A stretch of DNA of 64,000 nucleotides from an uncultured Oscillospiraceae bacterium (GTDB lineage Bacteria > Bacillota > Clostridia > Oscillospirales > Ruminococcaceae): NCBI GenBank assembly GCA_964369915.1, contig CAYJGG010000003.1, forward strand, positions 1,804 through 65,803, given 5' to 3'. How positions within the stretch are numbered: position 1 is the first letter of the stretch; the number at the start of each line of letters is the position of its first letter. Below are positions 1 through 8,899 of the stretch, one piece after another. A model generated the notes under the pieces. That model saw nothing but the letters and a program-made list of their open reading frames with translations. It searched no databases and was not told where the DNA came from. Position numbers and translations under genes: made by a program.

Positions 1-2
1 TA

Positions 3-590
3 TTAATCTTGTAAAAATTCTTCTATTTTATTTAATAAATCTGCAATCCCATCACCTTTTTCAGCGCTAGTTAAAATGATATCACTATAAGTGTATCCTT
101 TACAATACTCTGTAAAAGTTTCAATAGCTTCATTTTTTTGAGTCTTTTTCAATTTATCTGCCTTTGTTAGCGCTATAATAAATGGAATTTTATTATAAGT
201 TAAATAATCAAGCATAGTGTAGTCATCGTTTGACGGTTTATGTCTTGAATCTATTAACTGAATAACAACAGATAATTTTTCATCTCTAGTTTTAAAATAT
301 CCGTTTATTAATCTATCCCATCTTTCTCTTTCTTTATGACTTACTTTTGCAAATCCGTATCCTGGTAAATCAACTAAAAAGAAATCATTTACTTTATAGT
401 AGTTTATAGTTCCTGTTTTACCAGGCTGTGCGGAAACTCTAGCTAAAGATTTTCTATTACACATTTTATTTATTATACTAGATTTTCCAACATTACTTCT
501 ACCTGAAATAACAACTTCCTTTTCCTGATAATCTGGAAGCTGTGAGGCAAGGCCATAAGACGTTGTAAAATCCGCCGATTTAACTATCAT
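3..590 (-). CDS. engB: Ribosome-biogenesis GTPase EngB/YsxC
   Basis: Complete 195-aa ORF. G1 P-loop GRSNVGKSS, G3 DLPGYG, G4 TKADK. Conserved position downstream of lon. Confidence 0.93.
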   Translation of the reverse strand: MIVKSADFTTSYGLASQLPDYQEKEVVISGRSNVGKSSIINKMCNRKSLARVSAQPGKTGTINYYKVNDFFLVDLPGYGFAKVSHKERERWDRLINGYFKTRDEKLSVVIQLIDSRHKPSNDDYTMLDYLTYNKIPFIIALTKADKLKKTQKNEAIETFTEYCKGYTYSDIILTSAEKGDGIADLLNKIEEFLQD

Positions 591-610
591 ATATTTCCCT
601 TTCTATACTT

Positions 611-658
611 TAATAAAAAACATATGTGTTAAAAGCAATATAAAATTACTTTTAACAC
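611..658 (-). terminator. Intrinsic terminator after lon
   Basis: 10-bp stem GUGUUAAAAG/CUUUUAACAC (626..658) with a 13-nt loop, followed on the minus strand by AUAUGUUUUUUAUU. Confidence 0.55.
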
Positions 659-666
659 AGTTTGTT

Positions 667-3012
667 TTAAGATAGATTAACATTTAATGCATCATCTACA
701 TGTTTTACTGGAACAAATTTAATTTTTTCTTTAATAACTTCGTCAACATCGTGTAAATTTGGCTCATTATCAAATGGAATAATAACTGTTTTTATTCCTT
801 CTCTATATGCTGCCATTGCTTTTTCTTTTAATCCACCGATTGGAAGCACTCTTCCTTGAAGTGTAACTTCGCCAGTCATAGCAACGCTGCCTTTAACTTT
901 TTTATTAGTTAAAACAGAAACTAACGCAGTTGTTAAAGTTATACCGGCAGAAGGTCCATCTTTTGGAACAGCACCTTCTGGGGCATGAATATGAATATCT
1001 ATTTTAGAGAATTCTGTTTCAATCTTATATTTTTTTGCATTAGCTTTAATATAACTTAAAGCAATTCTACAAGATTCTTTCATAACATTGCCAAGGCTAC
1101 CAGTTAGCTCTAATTTACCACTACCATTTGGAATTACCGTAACTTCAATTGGAAGCATTTCACCACCCACTGAAGTCCATGCAAGGCCGTTTGCAACGCC
1201 TAAGGTGTCTTTTAAATTAGTGTCACCTGATTTAAATTTCTCAGGCCCTAAAAGCTCCATAACTTTTAATTTATCAATTAAAACAGTATCTTCTGTTTGC
1301 TTTGCTATAATTTTTGCTGATTTTCTAATAATGCTAATTATAACCCTTTCAAGGCTTCTAACTCCGGCTTCTTTTGTGTATCCGTCTATCATTTCGTAAA
1401 TAGAAGAATTATTAAATTTAACTAGTTTTTTAACTCCGTTTTTATCTAGTTGCTTTGGAATTAAATGCTTTTTAGCGATATTAAATTTTTCTTCTCTAGT
1501 GTAGCTAGAAAGCTCAATAATATCCATTCTGTCAAGAAGTGGTCTTGGTATTGAATTATAATTATTTGCTGTTGCAATAAAGAAAACATTGCTTAAATCT
1601 AATGGCATATCAATATAGTGATCTTTAAAATTCATATTTTGTTCTGAATCTAGCACTTCTAAAAGAGCCGCCGCAGGATCGCCCCTAAAATCACCTGCTA
1701 ATTTATCTATTTCATCTAAAAGAATAACAGGATTATTGCTTTTTGCTTGAATAAATGAATTAACTATTTTACCAGGCATTGCACCAACGTAAGTTCTTCT
1801 ATGTCCTCTAATTTCGCTTTCATCACGCACACCGCCAAGAGAAACTCTAACAAAATCACGATTTAAACATTCCGCAACGGATGAAGCAATACTAGTTTTA
1901 CCAACACCTGGAGGCCCTACTAAACAAATGATTTGACCTTTAACTTTATCGCTTAACTGTCTAACAGCTAAAATCTCTAAAACTTTATCTTTAACTTTTT
2001 CTAAACCATAATGCTTTTTATCTAGTATTTTTTCAGCTTTTAAAATATTAACTTGCTCTTTTTTCTCATTATTCCAAGGAATATCAAGGCAAGTGTCAAT
2101 ATAAGTTCTAATAACAGCCGCTTCTTGCGATGAAGAAGACATTCTTTCAAGACGTGTTAATTCTTTTAAGAGTTTTGCTTTTGAATCTTCACTTATTGTT
2201 AAAGCGTTAATTTTATTTTTATATTCTTCTGTTTCGCTAACACCATCTTCTGATGTATCTAATTCTTGAGATATTGTTCTAATTTGTTGTCTTAAATAGT
2301 ATTCTTTTTGATTTTTCTCTATTTCATATTGAACTTTCGATTTGATATCTGCTTCAATTTGAAGTACGTTATATTCATTATTTAGAAAATCCAAAACAAA
2401 CTTTAATCGTTTTTCAACTGAATTTTCTTTTAAAACAGCCATTTTATCTTCTAATTTAAACATAACATTTGTTGCGATGTATTCGCATAAAGTATTAGCA
2501 TCTTCAATTGCAAAAACATTAAACACAACTTCTTTACCCATTTTAGGGGCAACGTCCATATAAGATTCAAAAGTTTCTTTTATTATCCTAACAAAAGCCT
2601 CCATTGTTCCTTCTTGGCTAGCTTTCACTTTATTTATAGGATAAGGTTTTACTAAAGCACTGATATAATCTGCTGATAAGTCATATTCTTCAACTTTTGC
2701 TCTATATTTTGCATCAATTAAAACCTTCATAAAACCATCATTTAATTTTATAATTTGTTTAACTTTTGCAACAACGCCTATTCTATGTAAATCTTTTGCT
2801 TGTGGATCATCAACCTCTGTATCAATTTGAGGAGCTAAAAAAATTGTTCTATCCTCGTTCATTGCTTCTTGCAGTGCATTTATTGACTTTTCTCTACCTA
2901 TATCAAAGTGAATAAGGCTTTCTGGAAAAATAACCATTCCCCTTAAAGCTATAACTGGTAAAAAATCAAATTTATTACTACTATCTATTTTTATATCTAT
3001 TTTTTCTGACAT
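667..3012 (-). CDS. lon: ATP-dependent Lon protease (LonA type)
   Basis: 781 aa. N-terminal LON substrate domain, Walker A GPPGVGKTS, catalytic serine motif PKDGPSAG. Confidence 0.97.
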   Translation of the reverse strand: MSEKIDIKIDSSNKFDFLPVIALRGMVIFPESLIHFDIGREKSINALQEAMNEDRTIFLAPQIDTEVDDPQAKDLHRIGVVAKVKQIIKLNDGFMKVLIDAKYRAKVEEYDLSADYISALVKPYPINKVKASQEGTMEAFVRIIKETFESYMDVAPKMGKEVVFNVFAIEDANTLCEYIATNVMFKLEDKMAVLKENSVEKRLKFVLDFLNNEYNVLQIEADIKSKVQYEIEKNQKEYYLRQQIRTISQELDTSEDGVSETEEYKNKINALTISEDSKAKLLKELTRLERMSSSSQEAAVIRTYIDTCLDIPWNNEKKEQVNILKAEKILDKKHYGLEKVKDKVLEILAVRQLSDKVKGQIICLVGPPGVGKTSIASSVAECLNRDFVRVSLGGVRDESEIRGHRRTYVGAMPGKIVNSFIQAKSNNPVILLDEIDKLAGDFRGDPAAALLEVLDSEQNMNFKDHYIDMPLDLSNVFFIATANNYNSIPRPLLDRMDIIELSSYTREEKFNIAKKHLIPKQLDKNGVKKLVKFNNSSIYEMIDGYTKEAGVRSLERVIISIIRKSAKIIAKQTEDTVLIDKLKVMELLGPEKFKSGDTNLKDTLGVANGLAWTSVGGEMLPIEVTVIPNGSGKLELTGSLGNVMKESCRIALSYIKANAKKYKIETEFSKIDIHIHAPEGAVPKDGPSAGITLTTALVSVLTNKKVKGSVAMTGEVTLQGRVLPIGGLKEKAMAAYREGIKTVIIPFDNEPNLHDVDEVIKEKIKFVPVKHVDDALNVNLS

Positions 3013-3083
3013 ACTATAATCCCTTCCCTTTTTTTTAAATTTTGTGTGTAAATGCTATATTAATATATTAAAATCTAAGTTTT

Positions 3084-3128
3084 AAAGACACACAAAACTG
3101 CTTATTTAAAAAATAACTTTAAATAAGC
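3084..3128 (-). promoter_or_regulatory. Terminator-like hairpin inside the lon 5' leader
   Basis: Minus-strand RNA: GCUUAUUUAAA-guuauuu-UUUAAAUAAGC (11-bp stem) followed by AGUUUUGUGUGUCUUU. That U-rich tail (3088..3097) is also complementary to ACACACAAAA at 3040..3049. Confidence 0.4.
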
Positions 3129-3156
3129 ATTTCTTTATAGCATATTGTATCACTCT

Positions 3157-3185
3157 ATTATAGCAAATTTGTGAAATTATATCAA
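3157..3185 (-). promoter_or_regulatory. SigmaA-type promoter of lon
   Basis: Minus strand: TTGATA (3180..3185), 17 nt, TATAAT (3157..3162). Predicts a leader of about 135 nt. Confidence 0.6.
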
Positions 3186-3188
3186 GAG

Positions 3189-3226
3189 CAAAGCCAATTT
3201 GTGATGTAAATCACAAATTGGCTTTG
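3189..3226 (-). terminator. Intrinsic terminator after clpX
   Basis: Perfect 17-bp inverted repeat CAAAGCCAATTTGTGAT / ATCACAAATTGGCTTTG with a 4-nt loop. The tail on the minus strand is only moderately U-rich. Confidence 0.65.
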
Positions 3227-3249
3227 TTTATTTATTGTATTAACACAGA

Positions 3250-4560
3250 TTAAATCGCAAGTTTTGAGTCTATATATCTTTTGCGTTTTTCTCCATGCTC
3301 ATATTCTGCTTTACCAGTATTTACAGTATCTTTTGTAACAATAACTTTATTAATAGTTTCGTCACTCGGAACTTCATACATAGATTGCATCAAGCTATCT
3401 TCTAAAATCGAACGCAATGCTCTTGCACCACTTTTTCTTTTAATAGCTTTTTCTGCCATTTCTTCTAAAGCTTCATCATTAACTTCTAAATCAACCATAT
3501 CTAAAGCCATAAGGGCTGTGTATTGTTTTATTAGAGAGTTTTTAGGCTCTTTTAGAATTTTAATTAAAGCAGTTTTATCTAAAGCTGAAAGTACAGAAAC
3601 GACTGGTAAACGACCTATTAATTCTGGAATTAATCCAAATGGAACTAAATCATCTGGTTCAACTCTTTTTAATAAGGCTGTTAGCTCTTTGTCTTCTTTT
3701 TTAGCCATAGGACTATTAAATCCAAGGCTACTACCTTCGCTTGTTCGTTTTTCTATATGTTTTTCGATGCCATCAAAAGCACCACCACATATAAATAAAA
3801 TGTTCTTTGTATCAATTTGTAAAAACTCTTGATAAGGATGCTTTCTTCCGCCTTGCGGTGGCACATTTGCTAAAGTGCCTTCAAGAATTTTCAGTAAAGC
3901 TTGTTGCACCCCTTCGCCACCAACGTCTCTTGTTGTTGAAGGGTTTTCGCTTTTTCTTGTTATTTTATCAATTTCATCAACATATATAATACCCATTTGA
4001 GCTTTTTCAATATTATAATCTGCTGATTGAATTAATTTTAATAAAATATTCTCAACGTCTTCACCTACATAGCCAGCTTCAGTTAAAGTTGTAGCATCGG
4101 CAATAGCAAAAGGAACATTAAGCATATTAGCTAGTGTTTGAGCAAGCAATGTTTTACCAGTACCAGAAGGGCCTAGTAATAAAATATTACTTTTTTGAAT
4201 ATCCACACCACCTGTGCTTTTTTTACTTAGTATTCTTTTATAATGATTATAAACGGCAACACTTAAAGCAACTTTTGCCTCGTCTTGACCTATAACGTAT
4301 TCATCTAATCTTCTTTTAATTTCTAAAGGAGGATAAACAGTTACATCATTATTTATATTTGCATTATCTTTTTTACTAGCTTTTGGTGAAGATGTATTTC
4401 TTGGTGAAGTTTGTATAACACCTTCATCTTCTAATATTTCATAACAAAGTTGTACACATTCATTACAAATATTGATACCAGGACCAATAATTATTCTTTC
4501 TACCTCTGTTGAATTTTTTCCACAAAAATTACAGGTTAGAACTTTATCTTTACTTGACAT
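3250..4560 (-). CDS. clpX: ATP-dependent Clp protease ATP-binding subunit ClpX
   Basis: 436 aa. N-terminal zinc ribbon CNFCGK...CNEC, Walker A GPSGTGKT. Lies 16 nt downstream of clpP. Confidence 0.97.
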   Translation of the reverse strand: MSSKDKVLTCNFCGKNSTEVERIIIGPGINICNECVQLCYEILEDEGVIQTSPRNTSSPKASKKDNANINNDVTVYPPLEIKRRLDEYVIGQDEAKVALSVAVYNHYKRILSKKSTGGVDIQKSNILLLGPSGTGKTLLAQTLANMLNVPFAIADATTLTEAGYVGEDVENILLKLIQSADYNIEKAQMGIIYVDEIDKITRKSENPSTTRDVGGEGVQQALLKILEGTLANVPPQGGRKHPYQEFLQIDTKNILFICGGAFDGIEKHIEKRTSEGSSLGFNSPMAKKEDKELTALLKRVEPDDLVPFGLIPELIGRLPVVSVLSALDKTALIKILKEPKNSLIKQYTALMALDMVDLEVNDEALEEMAEKAIKRKSGARALRSILEDSLMQSMYEVPSDETINKVIVTKDTVNTGKAEYEHGEKRKRYIDSKLAI

Positions 4561-4576
4561 AATACTCCTATTTTAG

Positions 4577-5158
4577 TTATCTATTTGTGATAACTTTATC
4601 AATTAAACCATAATCAGCTGCTTCGCTAGCTGAAAGGAAATTATCTCTATCTGTGTCAATTGTTATTTTTTCAATAGGTTGGCCTGTTTGTTCAGACATA
4701 ATTCTATTTAATTTTTCACGAATTTTTAAAATCCAATCTGCATGAATTTTGATGTCACTAGCCTGACCACGAGTTCCCCCTAGTGGCTGGTGAATCATAA
4801 TTTCACTATTAGGAAGTGCAAATCTTTTTCCTTTTGCACCTGATGATAATAAAAATGCGCCCATTGATGCAGCAAGACCAACACATATTGTTGAAACATC
4901 GCATTTAATGTAATTCATAGTATCATAAATTGCCATACCAGCAGTTACTGAACCACCTGGTGAATTAATATAAAGACTAATATCCTTATCAGGATCTTGA
5001 CTTTCTAAATATAAAAGTTGTGCTACAACAAGGCTAGCTGTTACATCATTAACCTCATCGCAAAGCATAATAATTCTGTCGTTAAGCAAACGAGAATAGA
5101 TATCATAACTTCTTTCCCCTCTATTAGTTTGCTCTACAACCATAGGTACTAATGCCAT
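4577..5158 (-). CDS. clpP: ATP-dependent Clp protease proteolytic subunit ClpP
   Basis: 193 aa. Active-site context GLAASMG (Ser) and MIHQP (His). tig-clpP-clpX synteny. Confidence 0.97.
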   Translation of the reverse strand: MALVPMVVEQTNRGERSYDIYSRLLNDRIIMLCDEVNDVTASLVVAQLLYLESQDPDKDISLYINSPGGSVTAGMAIYDTMNYIKCDVSTICVGLAASMGAFLLSSGAKGKRFALPNSEIMIHQPLGGTRGQASDIKIHADWILKIREKLNRIMSEQTGQPIEKITIDTDRDNFLSASEAADYGLIDKVITNR

Positions 5159-5216
5159 TCAAAACACCTCCAAATTAATTTTTTTACTAAAATAAGTGTA
5201 GACTTATTTTTTTATT

Positions 5217-6503
5217 TTATTCATTTGTGATTTCAGCATTTTCTTTAATAAAATCAATAGCTTTTTGAATAGCTAAATCTTTTTTGATTTCATTAGCTGG
5301 AACCATTTGTTTAACATTATCTAGCGGAATATGATATAATTCGCTGATTCTTGTTAATTCTTTTTCTAAATCTTCATCAGAAGCTGTAATTCCTTCAAGC
5401 TCTGCAATTTTTTCTAAAGCTAGACGAATTTTAACTTGTTGTTCTGCTTGATCTTTGAATGTTTTTCTGAATGTTTCCATATCAGATTGAGTGTATTGCA
5501 GATAAACTTCTAATTGTAGACCTTGTTGTTGTAGTCTGCCTTCAAAATCTCTAACCATTTCATCAACTCTAGCTTCATTCATAGCTTCTGGAACATTAGC
5601 TTCTAAAGTCGCAACAACTTGTTCAACTATTTTATTTTCAACATCTAGTTCAGCAGCTTGTTTTGCTTCTGCTTCTCTTTTTGATTTGATATCATTTTTT
5701 AATTCTTCTAAAGAATCAAATTCGCTAACATCTTTTGCAAATTCATCATCTAATTCTGGAAGTTCTTTAGCTGTTATTTTATTTAATTTTGTTTTGAACA
5801 CAGCTTCTTTGCCTGCTAAATCAGTTGATTGGTATTCTTCTGGGAATGTTACAACAACATCAAATTCTTCACCTTCATTTTTACCAACGATTTGAGCTTC
5901 AAATCCTGGGATAAATTGGCCAGAACCTAACACTAAATCGAATCCTTCGCCTTTTCCACCTTCAAAAGCAACGCCATCAACAAATCCTTCAAAATCAATA
6001 TTTGCAGTATCTGTCATTTCAGCACTTCTATTTTCAACTGGAACAAGTCTTGCATTTCTTTCTCTCATCATTTGTAATTCATCTGAGATAACTTCATCAG
6101 TTACAGGAATTTCATTTCTTGTAGCTTTTATGCCTTTATATTCGCCAATTTTAACTTCTGGGTAAACTGTTATAGTAGCTTTAACAGTAAAGCCAGTTTC
6201 TTTTGAGCAAGAAGCGATTTCGATTTGTGGTTGAGCTACTGGAGTGATTTTTGCTTCTTCAATAGCAGCAATATATGCAGCAGGTAGTAATTCATCTATA
6301 GCATCATTAAAGAAAACTTCTTCGCCATACATTTTTTCCACCATATTTCTTGGTGCTTTACCTTTTCTAAATCCTGGGATAGTCATATCTTTGCTAGCGT
6401 TTCTAAACACTTTAGAAATTGCTTCATTAAATAATTCAGCAGAAACCTTAAATTCTACTTCAACTGTATTTTCTGCAACTTTTTCGTTTTTAATTAATTC
6501 CAT
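5217..6503 (-). CDS. tig: Trigger factor (ribosome-associated PPIase chaperone)
   Basis: 428 aa. Ribosome-binding signature GFRKGKAP near the N-terminus, central FKBP-like region, acidic C-terminal domain. Confidence 0.95.
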   Translation of the reverse strand: MELIKNEKVAENTVEVEFKVSAELFNEAISKVFRNASKDMTIPGFRKGKAPRNMVEKMYGEEVFFNDAIDELLPAAYIAAIEEAKITPVAQPQIEIASCSKETGFTVKATITVYPEVKIGEYKGIKATRNEIPVTDEVISDELQMMRERNARLVPVENRSAEMTDTANIDFEGFVDGVAFEGGKGEGFDLVLGSGQFIPGFEAQIVGKNEGEEFDVVVTFPEEYQSTDLAGKEAVFKTKLNKITAKELPELDDEFAKDVSEFDSLEELKNDIKSKREAEAKQAAELDVENKIVEQVVATLEANVPEAMNEARVDEMVRDFEGRLQQQGLQLEVYLQYTQSDMETFRKTFKDQAEQQVKIRLALEKIAELEGITASDEDLEKELTRISELYHIPLDNVKQMVPANEIKKDLAIQKAIDFIKENAEITNE

Positions 6504-6546
6504 TGTCTTTTAAACTCCTTAAATTTGTTTAATTTCATACCAAAAC

Positions 6547-6575
6547 ATTATAACACAACTTTTTATATTAATCAA
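6547..6575 (-). promoter_or_regulatory. SigmaA-type promoter upstream of tig(-clpP-clpX)
   Basis: Minus strand: TTGATT, 17 nt, extended -10 TGTTATAAT. The -35 overlaps the stop of the phosphoesterase gene. Confidence 0.55.
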
Positions 6576-7251
6576 TTAAATATGGACAAAAATATAAGCT
6601 ATCTGCTGAAATTAATTTATATTTTGTGCCTTCATATTCACTATTAAATGAAAAGTTGATTGTTTTACCGTGTAAATGTCCATAATAACATTTTTTTATA
6701 TTATATTCTTTTAATGTGTTCAAGATATGATTGCTCTTTAAATCTTGATAAATCGGCGGATAGTGTAAAAAAACTATCTTCTCTTTTTCTGATTTTATAT
6801 AATCAAGAGAAGCTTTTAGTCTGCCAGCTTCTCTTAATACTATTTTTTCATTTTCTTTTTCGCCATTTTCAAAAAGCCAACCACGAGTTCCACAAATTAT
6901 ATAATTTTCAACTTCAAAGCTATTATTAAATAAAAATTTTATAGTTTTAAATTCATGTTTTTCTAAAAATTCATTTAATTTTTTGCTAGTTTGCCACCAA
7001 TAATCATGATTGCCTTTTAATATTATTTTTTGTCCGTTTAATTTTTCTATAAATTTAAAATCTTCAACGGCATCTTCTATATCTAAAGCCCAAGAAATAT
7101 CCCCTGCTAAAATAACAGTGTCTTTTTCTGTAATTAATTTTTGCCAATTTTTTTCTATTCTTTCAAAATGGTTTTCCCATCCTTTAAAAATATCCATAGG
7201 CTTATTTGTAGAAAATGATAAATGTAAATCGCCAATAGTATATATCGCCAA
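6568..7251 (-). CDS. Calcineurin-like metallophosphoesterase, substrate unknown
   Basis: 227 aa. Motifs GDLH, GDISW, GNHDYW, GHLH. TTG start preceded by a strong SD (AAGGAGG) 5 nt upstream. Confidence 0.8.
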   Translation of the reverse strand: MAIYTIGDLHLSFSTNKPMDIFKGWENHFERIEKNWQKLITEKDTVILAGDISWALDIEDAVEDFKFIEKLNGQKIILKGNHDYWWQTSKKLNEFLEKHEFKTIKFLFNNSFEVENYIICGTRGWLFENGEKENEKIVLREAGRLKASLDYIKSEKEKIVFLHYPPIYQDLKSNHILNTLKEYNIKKCYYGHLHGKTINFSFNSEYEGTKYKLISADSLYFCPYLID

Positions 7252-7349
7252 TAGAGCCTCCTTAAATTATATTATATTTATATAATAACATATACCATAT
7301 TAAATAAAAGTAAATTTTATCTAAATATTTAAAACTATTTGTTAATTTT

Positions 7350-8576
7350 TTATAATTCAACTCTTAAGAATGTTTTTTTGCCTTTTTTTATTATAAATAA
7401 TTCGTTAAATTCTTCTTTTTCAAAACTTGTATCAATATTATCAATTTTAACATCATTTACTAATACTCCGCCTTGAGTTACTAATCTTCTTGCTTCTGAT
7501 TTACTCGCTGCAAGTTTTACTGCAACTAATAAATCTAAAATTGATATTTTATTATCCAGAAAATTATCACTCATAAGTTTTTCACTAGGCATATTTTCAC
7601 TATCTTGTGCACCTGAGAATAAATCTCTTGAAGTTTTAATAGCTTTCTGTGCATCTTCTTTTGAGTGCACTAATTCTGTTAAATTATAAGCTAATAATTC
7701 TTTAGCTTTGTTATATGCTGCACCGCCCTCTTTTTCAAATGCTTCTATTTCTTCTAGTGGTACTAGCGTTAACATTTTTAAGCATTTTCCAACGTCAGCA
7801 TCATTTATGTTTCTCCAGTATTGGAAAAATTCATATGGAGTTGTTTTTGTAGGATCAAGCCAAACTGCACCTGCAACTGTTTTCCCCATTTTAACGCCAT
7901 CTGAGGTTGTTAAAAGATTAAAAGTCATACCAAATGAATCTTGTCTTGCTTTTTTTCTAATTAATTCAGTACCAGCTAAGATATTCGACCATTGATCGTT
8001 TCCGCCTAATTGCATTTTACAATTAACTTCGTTAAACATATGATAAAAATCATATCCTTGCATTAACATATAGTTAAATTCAGTGAAAGAAAGACCTTTT
8101 TCTAAGCGAATTTTAAAGGCTTCTGCTGTAAGCATTTTATTAACCGAAAAATGAAATCCTACATCTCTTAAAAAATCAACATAGTTAAGTTCTAAAAGCC
8201 AATCAGCATTGTTAAGCATTAAAGCTTTACCCTCTGAAAAATCTAAGAATTTTCTCATTGTAACTTTGAATTTTTCGCCGTTTGCATCAATTTCTTCTTT
8301 AGACATAACTTTTCTCATATCGCTTTTTCCACTAGGATCGCCTATCATACAAGTACCGCCGCCGATTAAAGCGATTGGTCTATGCCCAGCAGATTGCATA
8401 TGGCGCATAACCATTAATTGCAAAAAATGTCCAACGTGTAAGCTGTCTGCAGTTGGATCAAATCCAATATAAAATGTAACTTTTTCTTTTTCTAATAAAT
8501 CACGAACTAAATCTCTATCAGTAACTTGTGCTATTAGTCCTCTTTCTTCTAATAAATCAAAAACATTTTTTTTCAT
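7350..8576 (-). CDS. tyrS: Tyrosyl-tRNA synthetase
   Basis: 408 aa. Class I HIGH-type motif LHVGH, KMSKS-type motif KMGKT, C-terminal S4-like domain. Preceded by a T-box leader with a UAC specifier. Confidence 0.96.
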   Translation of the reverse strand: MKKNVFDLLEERGLIAQVTDRDLVRDLLEKEKVTFYIGFDPTADSLHVGHFLQLMVMRHMQSAGHRPIALIGGGTCMIGDPSGKSDMRKVMSKEEIDANGEKFKVTMRKFLDFSEGKALMLNNADWLLELNYVDFLRDVGFHFSVNKMLTAEAFKIRLEKGLSFTEFNYMLMQGYDFYHMFNEVNCKMQLGGNDQWSNILAGTELIRKKARQDSFGMTFNLLTTSDGVKMGKTVAGAVWLDPTKTTPYEFFQYWRNINDADVGKCLKMLTLVPLEEIEAFEKEGGAAYNKAKELLAYNLTELVHSKEDAQKAIKTSRDLFSGAQDSENMPSEKLMSDNFLDNKISILDLLVAVKLAASKSEARRLVTQGGVLVNDVKIDNIDTSFEKEEFNELFIIKKGKKTFLRVEL

Positions 8577-8600
8577 AATAATAACCTTTCATTAATAAAT

Positions 8601-8864
8601 AAAAAACGCCTACTGCTAATTAAATATAATTAGCAGAGGGCGTTAAAAATTACGCGGTACCACCTCTGTTTTATGGATAAATCCACCTTAACAAAACCTT
8701 TAGTTTTATATACTATAACGTGTATCATTCGTCAAAACCTACTATTATTTCAATTTTGCCACTCCAAAGTGTATTTCATTTTTAATTTTCGTCTTTTTTT
8801 CACCAGCCAAAAGCTCTCTATACCTAATTAAAAATTACTCTCTTTATCTTAGTGTTTTATTATA
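8601..8864 (-). promoter_or_regulatory. T-box riboswitch leader of tyrS (Tyr, UAC specifier)
   Basis: Read on the minus strand. Stem I has a 10-bp helix AUUUUUAAUU/AAUUAAAAAU. The specifier loop has S-turn elements AGUA/GAA and UAC-A (UAC = 8771..8773). An AGAGAG bulge and a GGUGAAA distal loop are present. The T-box sequence AGAGGUGGUACCGCG lies at 8653..8667. The terminator AACGCCCUCUGCUAAUUA...UAAUUAGCAGUAGGCGUU plus U6 lies at 8601..8644, and its CCUCU can pair with the AGAGG of the T-box to form the antiterminator. Confidence 0.9.
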
Positions 8865-8870
8865 TTTTTT

Positions 8871-8899
8871 ATATTATCATCTTAAAAATGATATGTCAA
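8871..8899 (-). promoter_or_regulatory. SigmaA-type promoter of the tyrS T-box leader
   Basis: Minus strand: TTGACA (8894..8899), 17 nt, TAATAT (8871..8876). The -35 overlaps the recN stop codon. Confidence 0.65.

Noticed and set aside
3281-3832. Long plus-strand ORFs antisense to real genes: 1088..1399, 3281..3832, 3807..3989, 5686..5895, 6244..6513, 6660..6929, 7010..7285, 7708..7995, 8209..8472, 14025..14243, 14630..14908, 15112..15321, 15550..15732, 17712..17945, 18039..18269, 19918..20133, 21512..21727, 23277..23465, 25491..25694, 28113..28310, 31718..32209, 33134..33358, 33944..34162, 34631..34906, 35286..35486, 37435..37632, 44017..44247, 52598..52900, 53234..53425, 58953..59168, 59451..59705, 60126..60434, 60828..61022, 63160..63357, 63411..63770. 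Also the minus-strand ORF 47740..47925.
   Set aside because: Each lies entirely or mostly inside a well-supported conserved gene on the opposite strand. None has a plausible SD. Their translations are low-complexity and rich in S, F, I and L, which is typical of shadow frames. I treat them as artefacts.
5159-5216. Looked for heat-shock operators (CIRCE TTAGCACTC-N9-GAGTGCTAA; CtsR GGTCAAA repeats) upstream of clpP, and likewise upstream of lon/clpX in 3013..3249. Also noted a weak AU hairpin (AAATAAGT/ACTTATTT) after tig.
   Set aside because: Neither operator consensus is matched on either strand. The 8-bp all-AU-rich hairpin is too weak to call a terminator.
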